Shown here: one piece after another, positions 22,401 to 34,311 of the stretch
Layout of the letters: each line of letters begins with the position of its first letter
How positions within the stretch are numbered: the stretch's first letter is position 1
Assembly (NCBI GenBank): GCA_035084275.1
Contig: JAYJKW010000147.1
Location: 124,001-177,511, forward strand
Length of the DNA: 53,511 bases
From: Hydrolagus colliei
Lineage: Eukaryota
Direction of reading: 5' to 3'
Program-made: the position numbers and the translations under genes
The notes under the pieces: model-generated
Databases searched by the model: none
What the model was told of the DNA's origin: nothing
The model's input: the letters and a program-made list of their open reading frames with translations, nothing else

Positions 22401-22715
22401 GTATGCCATTCCAATTAAATCACACTCGGGCAAAGCTGGGTCTCACAGCTGTGACCGTGTATCTGACAGTGATATATTTTTTACTGGAGGAGAGTAACCA
22501 GACTAATCACCAGTGTTACAGAATGAATATCATCAATTATATCGTTTGAGTGATAGAGAGCTACTGGAGACCGCCATGGACTGTAGTGGTGGGGGAAAAG
22601 AGTATTGCGGTGATGTAGGGTTGTGGTGTACCACAAACAGTTGTTGTTCAAAGTGTCCGAATTATTGTTTTCTTCTTCATGTATTATTGCCAAGTATGCA
22701 GGATAAGAAACTTTA

Positions 22716-23065
22716 CCGAGATGAAGTAGACACTGAGGGATTGCTTCCCGTCGTACGAGAATCTGTAACCAGGGTTCACAGACTTAAAATTAAGGGTCAC
22801 CCTTTTACAACAGAGTTGAGGAAACATTTCTTCACTCAGAGGGTAGCAAACGTATGGAATTCACTAACCCAGAAGGCTGTAGATGCTCAGTCCTTGAACA
22901 TTTTCAAGGCTGAGACTGAAATATTTTTGAAGAATAGAGGGAATTTGGGATATAGGGATAGGGCAGGTTATCAGAGTTACGTAATAAGATCAGCCATGAA
23001 CTTATTGAATGGCGGAGCAGGCTCGAAGGGTCGAATGGCCTACCCATGCTAGTAATCCTTATTTT
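22716..23065 (+). mobile_element. 5'-truncated CR1 3' end inserted into the tRNA-SINE of copy E
   Basis: HFFTQRVANVWNSLTQKAVDAQSLNIFKAE plus CR1 3'UTR. Absent from the homologous site in copy B (about 9290). Confidence 0.85.
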
Positions 23066-23074
23066 CATACCTAA

Positions 23075-23153
23075 GGAGTTCCCCTGCTGCGAATTGAACC
23101 CCGGTCTCTAAGCTTGAAAGGCAAATACTCTAACCACTGAGCTGCAGGACTCC
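23075..23153 (-). mobile_element. tRNA-like head of the short SINE (paralog of 9256-9372)
   Basis: GGAGTCCTGCAGCTCAGTGGTTAGAGTATTTGCCTTTCAAGCTTAGAGACCGGGGTTCAATTCGCAGCAGGGG has good A and B boxes but broken stems. Its tail is displaced to about 22684-22715. Confidence 0.72.
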
Positions 23154-23364
23154 AGGACACAGTAACTAGGACAGCAGCAGTCAAATTCGTACACAAATAA
23201 TATTTGTCCCGTGTTAGGGGAAATACATCTGTAGAGATGAATAACAAAGAACAATTAGGTTGTTTGTTGGGAAACCTGTGTTCTAACAAGTGGCTTCAAA
23301 ACCCAAGATCGGATGATCTGAGAGTGGATCAATGGGAGCAACAGGCAGCATCATTTTGATACGG

Positions 23365-23990
23365 ATGTTGCATGCATACATCACCTCACGACTGGACTAC
23401 GGAAATTCTCTCGTAGTCGGCCTCCCCAGTTCCTCCATTCATAGGCTGCAGGCCATCCAAACCTCTGCAGCCCGTGTACTATCCCGCACCCGCCTCCGCG
23501 ACCACATAACCCCCACCCTCGCCCGTCTCCACTGGCTCCCCATCCTCCAGAGGATCGAGTTTAGGATCATCGTCCTCACCTACAAGGCCTTACACGGCCT
23601 TGCCCCATCCTACCTAACCGATCTACTCTCCCCCTACACGCCCACCCGGACCCTCCGTTCAACAGGACTTGGCCTGCTCCAAGCCCCCCACCCGAACCGC
23701 CCCACCATCGGAGGCCGGGCATTCAGTTTCTCCGCCCCCACCCTATGGAATGCCATCCCTCAATCCCTCCGTTTCGCCTCTTCCCTTTCCTCTTTCAAGG
23801 CCGATTTTAAGACTTTCCTCTTCGATCGTGCCTTTTGTTCCACCCCGAACTCTTTTACCTCCTCTTCGTGTTTCACCCCTTCCCAAACACTCCCCTCCCA
23901 GCTCGGGTCACACGCCTCTTGTTTAGCGCCTTGGGACGTCCTCCCGACGTGAAAGGCGCTATATAAATGTAAAATGTTGTTGTTGTTGTG
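23365..23990 (+). mobile_element. Well-preserved 5'-truncated L2 3' end with (TTG)n tail
   Basis: Uninterrupted ORF ITSRLDYGNSLVVGLP...LARLHWLPILQRIEF...GGRAFSFSAPTLWN...FKTFLFDRAF, then tail gtgaaaggcgctatataaatg..ttgttgttgttg. Confidence 0.93.
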
Positions 23991-24840
23991 TGTGAGTGTG
24001 CGAGTTAGAGAGAGAAAGAGAGAGACTGAGAGATCATATGTGTGACATAGAGACATTATCTCTCTGTCCCCACACAGGTAATGTCGATGTGTGAGACACT
24101 GACTATGTGATCCATGTGCTTATGAGAGAGAAGGCATTGTATAGGTGAGACACTGTGTGTGCGTAAGACAAAAATCAGTGAATGTTTGTGAGACTTGTGT
24201 ACGAAAGACAGATACTCTGTGTGGGTGTGTATGTGAGAAACTAAATACGGGATTTAGAGCAAATGTCAAATTCCCTTTGTCTGGAGGAACCAGTTAATCC
24301 GGTTTACATACTCTCACCAGGTTTAGCTGCCCACACACTCTATTAGGTATACATTTAGTTGGGACAAAGCATTAGGTACTACGTTACCCAGGAAAAAAAC
24401 AGACAGAGCCATGCCGTGTGTGTTTGTGTGCTACTGAGTGTGTAATAAGTGAACACAGTGTTTGCTATTGTGAGAGAAAGGCACATCAGCTTGTGAGTGT
24501 AAATGTGTGAAATTGTGGTGGGATCTGCGAGACAGACAGGGCACCGTGAGTATGTGTGTGTATGGGAGGGGTGTGTGTGGGGTGGGAGGGGTTGATATGG
24601 GTGTGTGAGAGATACACACAAAGGCAAAGACACACAGAGGCAAACAGGGCAAGATGTGTGTGTGGGGGATGGTGGGGTAAATAATTTTCAGGGGATCACT
24701 TGTGTCAGTGCGAGTGAGAAACAGAGCATCGTGCACGGGTGTGTGTGTGTGCGTGCGAAATGTAAATTTTCGGATGTGTGTTGGTGGGTGGAGGGGGGGT
24801 CGGGGGGGGTGAGCAAGAGAAGAGCAAAATTACATATGAG
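23990..24840. repeat. TG/GA-rich low-complexity region
   Basis: Interspersed degenerate (TG)n and (GA)n runs. Confidence 0.6.
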
Positions 24841-25244
24841 TTTGTGCGAATTCAAGTAATAAACCGTTTACAATTAGACAAGCTAACTGTATGTTTTAGA
24901 GACATTCTGTTTACGTGAACAAGAGACGAGCTTTATGTGTGATAGAGGGAGCGATATATTGTGATAATAACAGTATGCAGGTGCGAATCTATGTGTGTGT
25001 CATATATACTCTAGGATGTGTTTGAGAGAGACCATATTGATCAGAGACTATGTGAATGTGGATGTGACTGAGGTATGAACGAGATGGAGAGAAAGGGAAG
25101 GGATAACATTTGTATTTGCAAATACAAGAGAAAATTAGAAATAGATTACGCAATCTCACAGCGTATGAATCTCGGGTTTATGAGAACCAAGGCCTGGGGT
25201 AATTTAACACGAAGAGACAACCAGGGCATCAAATGTGTTGCAGA

Positions 25245-26135
25245 GACCGTACAATGGTGCATGTTTGCAGATGACACAAAGTTAGTAAAGTTAGTAAATA
25301 GCGAGGAGGATAGTAGTCATCTGCAATATGATATAGACCGAATGGTAAAAAGGGCAGACACGTGGCAGATGGAGTTTAATGTAGAGAAATATGAGATGGT
25401 GCATGTGTGGAGGAGAAATGACGGGAGGCAATATAGGCTAGGTAGTGCAATTTATGTGGTGTGAAGCAATATGGAGACCTGGTGGTTTGTGTGAATGATA
25501 CGACAAGCAGTCAAAAAAGAAAACGGGATATCAGGCTTTATAAATATGGTCTTTGAGTACAAAATTGGGAAGTTCTGAGTAAAATATAGAACTTTGGCTA
25601 GAGCTCAGCTAGATTACTGTGTACAATCCTGGTCACCGAACATTAGGAAGGCTGTTAATTGTAAAGGGAAAGGGAGGAGATGGACTGGGATGGTACCAGG
25701 AATTCAGCTACGAGGCAAGACTAGAGAGGCTAAGTTTATTCACATTGGAACAGAGAAGGTTGCGAGTAGACATAACAGTGGTTGTAAATTTCATGAGGGG
25801 ATTCGACAGAATAGATAGGGAAAATCTGTTTCCACTGGTGAGCATATCAGTGACTCGTGGTCACAGATGTAAATTAGTTTCGAAACTAATCTGAGTGGAG
25901 GTGAGGAGAAATGTGTTCAACCAGCGAATTGTTCGAATCTGAAATGCGTTGCCTGAAAACGTGGTGTTGGCCGATTTGAACATAAATTTTAAAAGCGAAT
26001 TGGACATTTATTTAGGGAGAGCGGGTTTGAGAGTTTATGGGGAGAGAGCTGGGGAGTAGGGATAAATTGCTCTTGTTATAAAGCGGGATCTGTCTCGATG
26101 GGCCGAATGGCCTCCATTTTTTGCCGTAAGATTCT
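25245..26135 (+). mobile_element. Degenerate CR1 (RT YADD region to 3'UTR)
   Basis: MFADDTKLVKLVNSEED, RADTWQMEFNVEKYE, AQLDYCVQSWSP, RGFDRIDRENLFPLV, and tail gggccgaatggcctcc. Confidence 0.88.
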
Positions 26136-26709
26136 ATTTGAGACACTGTATCTTGAGAGTGAGATTTTGTTTGTGTGTTAAAGTGAAAGAGAACTTTGTT
26201 TCAAATCCCTGCAGATCAGGGCTAAACATTGGGCAAGTTTCCTCCACTCTCCACATGGCTAATAATAAGCATTCCCCCCAAAAAACGACAACAAATTGTT
26301 CACGTCAATCTACGACTGTTTGTGGGGATCCCTTTGTGATAAAACTGTTGCCCGGGGAGAAGGGGCTGAACAGAAAGGAGCCGGGAGGATCAGGGAGCAT
26401 CTGCATTTCTCTGCTGAGGTTGAGAGGTTGGCATGAGATGGGCAGCGCTGCACAGCTGAACACCAGGTACTTGTTGATGTGCTGGGCAGAATAAGATGGA
26501 GATCTGGTCTCCTCCCTTCCACGTGTATCGCACATGCTCTGGGCTGGGGGATCAGTGCGATCAAGGCAGATATCTGCAATTCAACTCCCCGATGGAAGTT
26601 TGGATGAGGCTATTGAGAGGTGGTGGGGCTGGGCGGGGAAGGGGAGGGGGCGCATGGTGGCGTTGAGGGTTGGGGGACGGAGAGAAAGAAAAAAGTAGGT
26701 CAATGCAAA

Positions 26710-26822
26710 GGGGGGGGGGGGGGGGGGGGGTGAGGCAGCCAGAAACTAATGTGAATCAGAGGGATGTAATACTGAAGGAAATCCAGAGAGAGAGATAGGG
26801 AGAGAAAGAGAGAGTGATAAAT

Positions 26823-26863
<41 letters not shown>

Positions 26864-26940
26864 AAGAAAACGAAAGAGAGAGAGCGAGAGATAGAGAGGG
26901 ACAGTGAGTGATAGATAGAGAAGTAGAGAGAGAGAAAAAG
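26710..26940. repeat. Poly-G run and (GA)n microsatellite
   Basis: About 20 G at 26710-26730 and near-perfect (GA)n at about 26820-26860. Confidence 0.9.
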
Positions 26941-27254
26941 TGCAACAATTAAAGGGGAGAAAGGTAAATAGCTGGACCATGGCTGAGAGGCAGATAAAGA
27001 GGCTTTGTTGTCAGCTGGATGTATGGTATGCATGAAAACACGTCACCAAGCTTCACAATCTCCATGTGAATGAAAATTCCTGAGCAAGAGTTAAAAGCGC
27101 AGAGACAAACAGTGGGGCAGGTTGAGAATGACAGAAAAAAGTGATTATCAATTAAAGATTCGGACACATATTGAGAATCACCGAGAGAAATACAGTCTGT
27201 GAAAGAGGCATAGTTTTTTACAGTAACCTCGAGATAACTGGACTTGAATTAACC

Positions 27255-27715
27255 AGTCACTTCTAGTGGGATGAGTTATGAGGATAGGTTGAGCAATCTA
27301 GGCCTATATTCGCGAGAATGAGAGGTGATTTTATGAAATACCTATTCAGGTTTCACGACAGAAGAGACAGTGGGAGATTTTCTCTGCCGGTTGGAGTAAC
27401 AATAACCAGGGGGTCACAGTCTTTAAACTAGGCTTCAGCGCTTTCGCACTGAGCTGAGAAAAAAACCTCTTCACTCAGAGTGTAGTGAATTTGTGGAATT
27501 CTCTATCCCAAAGTGCTGTAGATGTTCAGTCCTTGAACTTATTCAAGACTGAGATTGATAGATTTCTTGTGGATAAAGGGATTAAGGGTCATGGGGTAAG
27601 GCGGGTAGGTGGAGTTAAAATAGATCAGCCATGATTTTATTGAATTGCGGGGGGAGGCTCGAGGGTCTGAAAGGCCTACTCCTGCTCCTAACTATTAAGT
27701 TCTTAGGTTCTTTAT
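27255..27715 (+). mobile_element. CR1 3' end
   Basis: ttcactcagagtgtagtgaatttgtggaattctctatcccaaagtgctgtagatg... followed by CR1 3'UTR aggcctactcctgctcctaa. Confidence 0.85.
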
Positions 27716-27957
27716 TTAGGGATGTAAACACTTGAACCAAAACACTGATAGTGGGCTTAGATTTTCTCGATTTTTTTGATTAACTCAGTTACGGACCAAG
27801 TGAGAGATCGGGTGATACACAGCAGAGAGCAATACGCAAATAAATGATAGGCAACAGGTAAATAAGTGAGTTGTTGATTTTATATATTTAGATTTTACTG
27901 AATTTAAACTTTCTAAAACATATATAATGAGTGGCCTTGACAGCTTCTGGCTCTGCC

Positions 27958-28125
27958 TATGTGTGTGTGTGTGTACATAGTTGTGTGTTTGTTTGTGTGT
28001 TTTTATGTGTTTATGTATATATATGTGTGTGTATGTGTGTTAGTGTGTGTGCGTGTGTGCCCGTGTGTGTTGGTGTGTGCGTGCTTGTGTGTGTGTGCTT
28101 GTGTGTATGTGTGTGTGTGTTGTTG
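27958..28125. repeat. Imperfect (TG)n microsatellite
   Basis: Direct inspection. Confidence 0.9.
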
Positions 28126-28519
28126 TTCACCAGTGCAGTACAGCTGATGCATTTCTATCTTCACTGTTTTAGCCACTGGCTGCATCTCTCGTCCCATCGC
28201 TCTCTGCGTGGCTGATGTGCAACTTCATGAATGGAAGTACGCGATGTTTCAGAAGGCACGTGACACCAGAGTCATTTAAACAGGTAAAGTACTTAGTTAG
28301 CATTTCTTAAACTAAACATCAAGGCATTATCAGGAAAAAACTCAAAGTGAATGTGTACATTGCAGGATACTGGAGCTATGCTTCAAGGAAACGTATTTCA
28401 CAGTGTTATTATGACAGTATTTCTTCTCTGGATTTAATGACTGCTCTTGCAAAATATATGCACACATATATATACATGTATTTACAGTATATATATGTAT
28501 TGTGTATATATCTATATAC

Positions 28520-28750
28520 ATATAAGAATTAGGAGCAGGAGTAGGTCATTCAGGCCCTCGAGCCTGCACCACCATTCAATAAGATCATGGGTGATCTATT
28601 CTAACCCCACCTACCCACCTTATCACCCTTAATCGCTTCATCCATAAGAAATCTATCAATCTCAGTTTTGATTATTTTGAAGGACTGACCATCTACAACC
28701 CTTTGGGTAAAGAGAATTCCATAAATTCCCTACCCTCTGAGTGAAGAACG
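28520..28750 (-). mobile_element. CR1 3' tail
   Basis: ataagaattaggagcaggagtaggtcattcaggccctcgagcctgcaccaccattcaataagatcatgg is a reversed CR1 3'UTR. Confidence 0.8.
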
Positions 28751-28854
28751 TTATTGTATAATGTGGATAATCGTTCTACAACTTGTATGATTATTTCTTA
28801 TTGTAGAGGAAATATTTAATAGTGTTGCAACAATTTTAAACCTATAAACTATGT

Positions 28855-29404
28855 ATGATTCTGTTGTTCGATGCTTTTATTAAGTAACAGCAAAACATGG
28901 CTTGACATAGAGACAGTCCGAGGAAGACAGAGGGACAGTCAGAGGGAGAATAAAGGACAGATAGAATGTTTAGAGAGAGAGAGAGAGAGTGGGAACTTTA
29001 TCTTGAGAGAGAGCGAGGGATTTGGCTTGTAGTCATATAGATGTATGTAGTGAGAGGAAACGAACGATTGAAAGACAGAGAGTATGGAGATGGACGCAGT
29101 GAGATATTTAGTAAGACAGAGAAACAGAGCGAGAGGGAGAGAGAAGCCTGGGAATGGGCGCAAGATAAAGTAAAGTAGATGGAAAGTGAGGGGAATCTAA
29201 AGTGATAACAATACTGAGAGACCTAGAATGAGGGAGAAACGAGTAAAAGTTATACATTGAATATATAGACAGAGATACTGATAATACAAACAATTTTTGC
29301 ATTAGATGTAGCCCTTTATCATTGTTGATTTCCGCGGTGTCTGAGGTGGTAACAGAAGCAAAGTAAACAGGAGACAGGATACAGCCTCCATCGTGTCTTC
29401 CTTT
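28855..29404 (-). other. Candidate non-coding terminal (3'UTR) exon of the MHC class I gene
   Basis: Exon 7 has a GT donor 1 nt after its stop, so a further exon is expected. A good acceptor gtgtctgtatctctcacacag ends at 29405 and AATAAA lies at 28881-28876 (minus strand). Assignment is inferred only. Confidence 0.4.
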
Positions 29405-29994
29405 CTGTGTGAGAGATACAGACACGGTGAGAGTGGGTGTAAAACCATGTGTGTAACTCAGTCCCTGAACATCATAACATAGCCACACAAATACTGGCTC
29501 CCCAGCACACAACCCTATCACCCCTTAAAAAAAAATGTACACAGACCTCTACCTGAGGCCTCATCAAACTTTTGTAGTGTTTAATCAGGGGAAATTGGGA
29601 AGCAATTTGTGCACAGGAAAATCTTATTTCTAATAATCCATATAAGAATACGTATGTTCGATTATTCTTAGTACTAATATTATGCTAAAGGCATGTTGGC
29701 GTTCATTACTAAGCGTTAGAATATAAGAGTAGAGAAGTCTTGCTGGAACACTATAGGGCTTTCTTGAGACCCCACTATGATTATTGTCTGCCGTTGTGGT
29801 CTCCGTATGTAAGAAAGGAAATACCCAGCTCAGTGCACAGCAGATTCACAAGGTTGGTTCCTGGGATGAGCTGTGAAGATAGGTCACAATCCCAACACAA
29901 ACACAAACAAACCTACAGCTTTACACACAAAACACCCACACCTTCACATGCACAAACCTAACCCCACCACAAACAAACCTAGCACCTCCCCCAC

Positions 29995-30585
29995 ATACAG
30001 AATCATAGAATCTTACAGCACAAAAGGAGGCCATTCGGCCCATCGTATCAGTACCGTCTCTTTAAGAAGAGCAACTCAATCCCACTCCCCAGTTCTCTCC
30101 CCAATAGCCTCGCAAACCAGTCCTCCCAAAAAATGTCTACCTCTCTTTTCAAGTTGTTATCGATTCAGCCTCCACCATCTTTTCAGGCTATGCATTCCAG
30201 ATTCGAACAACTCGCTGAGTGATAAAAATCCTCCTCACCTCCAATCTGATTCTTTTTTTAAAACTGTTTAAATCTGTGACCACGAGTAACTGATGAGCAC
30301 ACCGGTGGAAACAAGTTTTCCTTATTCACGCTGTCGAATCTTCTCCTGATATTAAACAGCTCTATTAGGTCTCTCGCAACTTTCCCTGTTCCAATGAGAA
30401 TAAACTTAGTTTCTCTAGCCTTTCCTCATAGCTGAAATACCTCGTACCTGGTTCCATCCTATTAAATCCCCTCTGCAGCCTTTCCAATGCCTAAACATCC
30501 TTCCTAAATTGGGGTGACCAGAATTGTACAATGAAATCTAGCTGAGGCCTAACGGAACTTTTGTAGAATTTAGTCAGAAATTCTA
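29995..30585 (-). mobile_element. CR1 3' fragment with (ATTCTATG)-type tail; a plus-strand CR1 piece also lies at about 29690-29885
   Basis: agaatcatagaatc tail at about 29999 and reversed RPQLDFIVQFWSP...LEKARETKFILIG-type remnant. Confidence 0.82.
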
Positions 30586-30589
30586 ACCT

Positions 30590-30719
30590 ATCACACTCTC
30601 AGACAAACCTAACCGCACACACCAGCAAACCTACTCCCCCCAATACACACAGGCAAATCTACACCGTCCCCACACACATACAAAACTACCCCAGCACTCA
30701 CATATGTAACACCCGCCCC

Positions 30720-30750
<31 letters not shown>

Positions 30751-32295
30751 ACATACAAACATACCCTCACCAGGCACACACAGAAACCGAAATCTTACAA
30801 ACACAAACCTACACGCCCACACAACTCTACCCACAACGAAACCACACACAAACCTACTGACGCACACACATACAAACCTGCACCACACAAAAGCTACCCA
30901 CACAGACAAACCCATCCCCCACAAACACACCAACCTACCCCCTCCCATGCACACAAACCTATCCCCTAGCCACTCACAAATCTATCCCCGTTACACACAA
31001 ACCTACCCCTCCAAAAACAAAGCTACCACACTACACATAAAACTACCACCCACCGCACAAACCTATAACCCACAAAAAAAACTACCACCAACACATGAAC
31101 TTAACCCACACACAGAAACCTACCCCCGTAAACACACGCAAACCTACACCCCCACCCGCGCACACACAAAACTATTCCCCACACACAAACCTACCCCCCA
31201 CCAGTGCACACATAATCTATATCCCACATACAAACGTACACTTCCCCCTATCCGCACACACAAACCTATCACCCACCCACAAAACTACCCCCACCATCTG
31301 TGCACACACAAACCTACCCCCCCCCAACCGCACACACACAAACCTACCCCCTATCCGCACACACAAACCTACCATCCCTGCAAACAAACCTACCCCCCAC
31401 ACATACAGGAACTACCAACCCCCACCCCCACAGACAAACCTACCCACCATGCTTACACAAAATTACACCACCCAAATAAAACACAACACTACCCCCCACA
31501 CACACACAAATCTACACTATCCCACACACACAACCTACCCCCCCACACACACAAACATACACCCCCACACATAAAACTTGGCCCCCCCACTCACAAACCT
31601 TCCACCCACACACAAAACTACCCATACCACACACACAAACCTATCCACCACACAACCACACAAATCTAACCCCAGAAACACACAAACCGTCCCCCGCCAA
31701 ACACGAACCGCCGCCACCACATACATAGAAAACTGTACCAACACACACAAAATACTACTCTAACACACACTCAAACCTATCCCCTACAAACACACCAACC
31801 TACACCCTCCCACGCACACAAACCTAGCGCTTCTCCGCACACAAACCTACCACAACCACCCAACCCACCCACAAAAAGCCAGCCCTCCATCACACACAAC
31901 CCTACCAAAATCCCACCCCACACACAAACCTACCACAACCCCATCCCACACACAAACACAAACCTACCACAACACGCCACCACCCCACACACACAAACCT
32001 ATCACAACCCCACACCACACACGAACCTACCACAAATCCCCCCCCCCCACTCACGCACAAAACTACCCCCGTAAACACATGCAAACCTACCCACCCAACC
32101 GCACACACATACCTATCCCCCACACACAAACCTACCCCTCCTACCACACACAAAACTATCACCCACACACAAATCTAACCCCATCACCTGCACACGCACA
32201 AACCTACCCCCCACCCGCGCACACAAACCTACCATCCCAGCACAGAAACCTACGTATCCACACACACACAGAACTTCCATTCCCCAACCCCTGAT
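30590..32295. repeat. About 1.7-kb CA/C-rich degenerate minisatellite (unit about ACACACAAACCTACCCCC)
   Basis: Recurrent acacacaaacctacc motif throughout the interval. Confidence 0.9.
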
Positions 32296-32833
32296 TAAAT
32301 GTAATCAGATACAATCGAATATATTTAATTGACTCCGCTAACCAAAAATACCGTTTGCGAAAGCATTTTACATTGGCATGTTATACAGACAGACCGATAT
32401 TGGTTGAAGATGATGGAATCAATAGCAACGATTCGTGCATTTGATACAACGCCATTTTTGGTCGTTCAAAACCCTCAAAGGATGAGACAGGATTAATGCA
32501 AACACTATTGTATTCACATGCACCCGTAGAGTCAATGGAGTCAAGGGGATATATTCGATTGATGCTGATGACTTTTTGTGTTCAAATTAAATAATTCTCT
32601 GAATGCGGCAAATGGTAGAGGAGAGATTGATTGATCCTCTGTGCAAACCCAGCATTGTATGTAAGCACACAGTGAGGTGAGTGACCGGTGTTATCTCAGA
32701 AAGTTTGGGACAGGACATGGCGAAGTACTTGCTCCATTTTGAGAAGCCTTGAAAAATAGACAATTTGCTGTATCAAACTCTAGGATTATTTAATTATTAA
32801 TTTTAGTTTTTTAAGTGACCTTCGTGTCTCTCA

Positions 32834-33372
32834 TTGCGTGTATCTCTATTAATGTGCCGACTTCGGTATCTGAATGACTCATTTTCTAAATGTGGCTGTA
32901 TCTCTGCCACACATCTCCCTTTCTATCTGTTGGTTTGTGTCTATTGTGATATATGTTTCTCTCTGAACATGAGCGTTAGTCTCTGTCGATCACTTTCGTT
33001 ATCTGTGTTCTTGTGTCTTTCCCTTACTGTGGCGTTTCTTCCGCATTTCCTGTGTATATGTGTGTGTATGCTTATCTCTCCCACTTTAGTGTATCCAAGT
33101 CTCTCATTTCTCTGTCTGTTTCTATCTATCACTTTCTCTCTCCCTCTCTCTGCATCGTCTGTGCTCTCTCTCTCCTGCTCTCTCTCACTATCGCTCAGTC
33201 TCGCTATGTCTTTCGCCCACCCACCCCCCCACCTCACCCCTATCATCACCCATTCTCTCTGACAATTTTCCGCGGGCAGCAGAGTGGTGGACAGCGAGAC
33301 AAGTTCAACACATTGCAATCTGTATTATGTATATATATTTGTGATCTTTTCTCTCTCTCTCCCTCTCTCTCC

Positions 33373-33403
<31 letters not shown>

Positions 33404-34011
33404 CATGTAGTCAATCTATTAGCGATTGTGAATGACCTTGACATCTCTCGGTGTATCTGAATTTGTGCGTATCTCTATTAATATGCTTACTTCTGTATCT
33501 GAACGACTCATTTTCTAAATGTGGCTGTATCTCTGTCAGCACCTCTCACTTTCTATCTGTTTGTATGTGTTTGTGTCTACTGTGATGTGTGTTTCTCTCT
33601 GAACATGAACGACAGTCTCTGTCTGTCACTTTCATTGCCTGTGTTCTTGTGTCTTTCGCTTTCTATGGCGTTTCTTCTGCATTTCCCTGTGTTTATATTT
33701 GTGTATTTGTATCTCTTCCCACTTTAGTGTATCCAACTCTCTCATTCTCTGTCTGTTTCTATCTATCAATTTATCTCTCCCTCTCTCTCCATCGTCTCCC
33801 TGCTCCTCTTTCGCATTATCGATCAGTTTCTCTGTCTGTTTCTCCCCACCCCACCCCACCCCCACTTCACCCACTCTCTCCGTCACTTTTCCGTGGACAG
33901 TAGGATGTTGGACAGCGAGCCAGGTTCAACACATTGTAGTCTGTATTAATGTATATCTATGTCTGATCTTTTCTCACTGTCTCTCTGTAGTCAACCTGTT
34001 GACGATTGTGA
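32834..34011 (+). repeat. Tandem duplication (about 580-640 bp unit) ending each time in a GPCR exon-2 splice acceptor
   Basis: tatctctattaat.tgc..acttc.gtatctgaa.gactcattttctaaatgtggctgtatctctg occurs at about 32840 and about 33472. The units end in tag|tcaatctattagcgattgtga (33411) and tag|tcaacctgttgacgattgtga (33991). Confidence 0.85.
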
Positions 34012-34083
34012 TCCTGGCTCGTGGGAGGTGCGGTCTCTCCAATTGCATCTCCATGTATCTGTTGGCCATGTCAGTGGCTGATG
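33991..34083 (+). pseudogene. GPR139-like exon-2 5' fragment, copy F (different subfamily from B-E)
   Basis: Phase-1 acceptor ctctctgtag, then (V)NLLTIVILARGRCGLSNCISMYLLAMSVAD. It runs into a TG/CA repeat and no continuation is found in the window. Confidence 0.82.
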
Positions 34084-34263
34084 GTACAGTGTGGGTACAG
34101 TGTGTATCCAGACACACTGTACCCACACATAATGTACCCATACACACTGTACACACAGATACACACATCGTACACACACTTAAATTATACGCACACACAG
34201 TGCACCCACACACACTGTACCCACACATACACACTGTATCCACACATACACTGTGATGGTTAC

Positions 34264-34311
34264 CTCAAGAGGCTGGGTTGGACGAGTTGTTTGATGAAGT
34301 ATCGCTATTTT
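34264..34311 (-). CDS. MHC class I last coding exon (exon 7): (Q)NSDTSSNNSSNPAS*
   Basis: Acceptor tttattttattcag. Phase 1 fits exon 6. Ser/Asn-rich tail typical of class I, TGA at 34267-34265, then G|gtaacc donor. Confidence 0.8.

Noticed and set aside
23075-23153. tRNA-Glu(TTC) gene (also 9296-9372, 4494-4565, and TAC-type 13501-13575)
   Set aside because: The acceptor, anticodon and T stems do not pair properly, and all copies share a non-tRNA tail, so they are SINE heads.
30947-31669. 240-aa His/Thr/Pro-rich ORF and overlapping ORFs
   Set aside because: Product of the CA-rich minisatellite; there are no splice signals or domain features.
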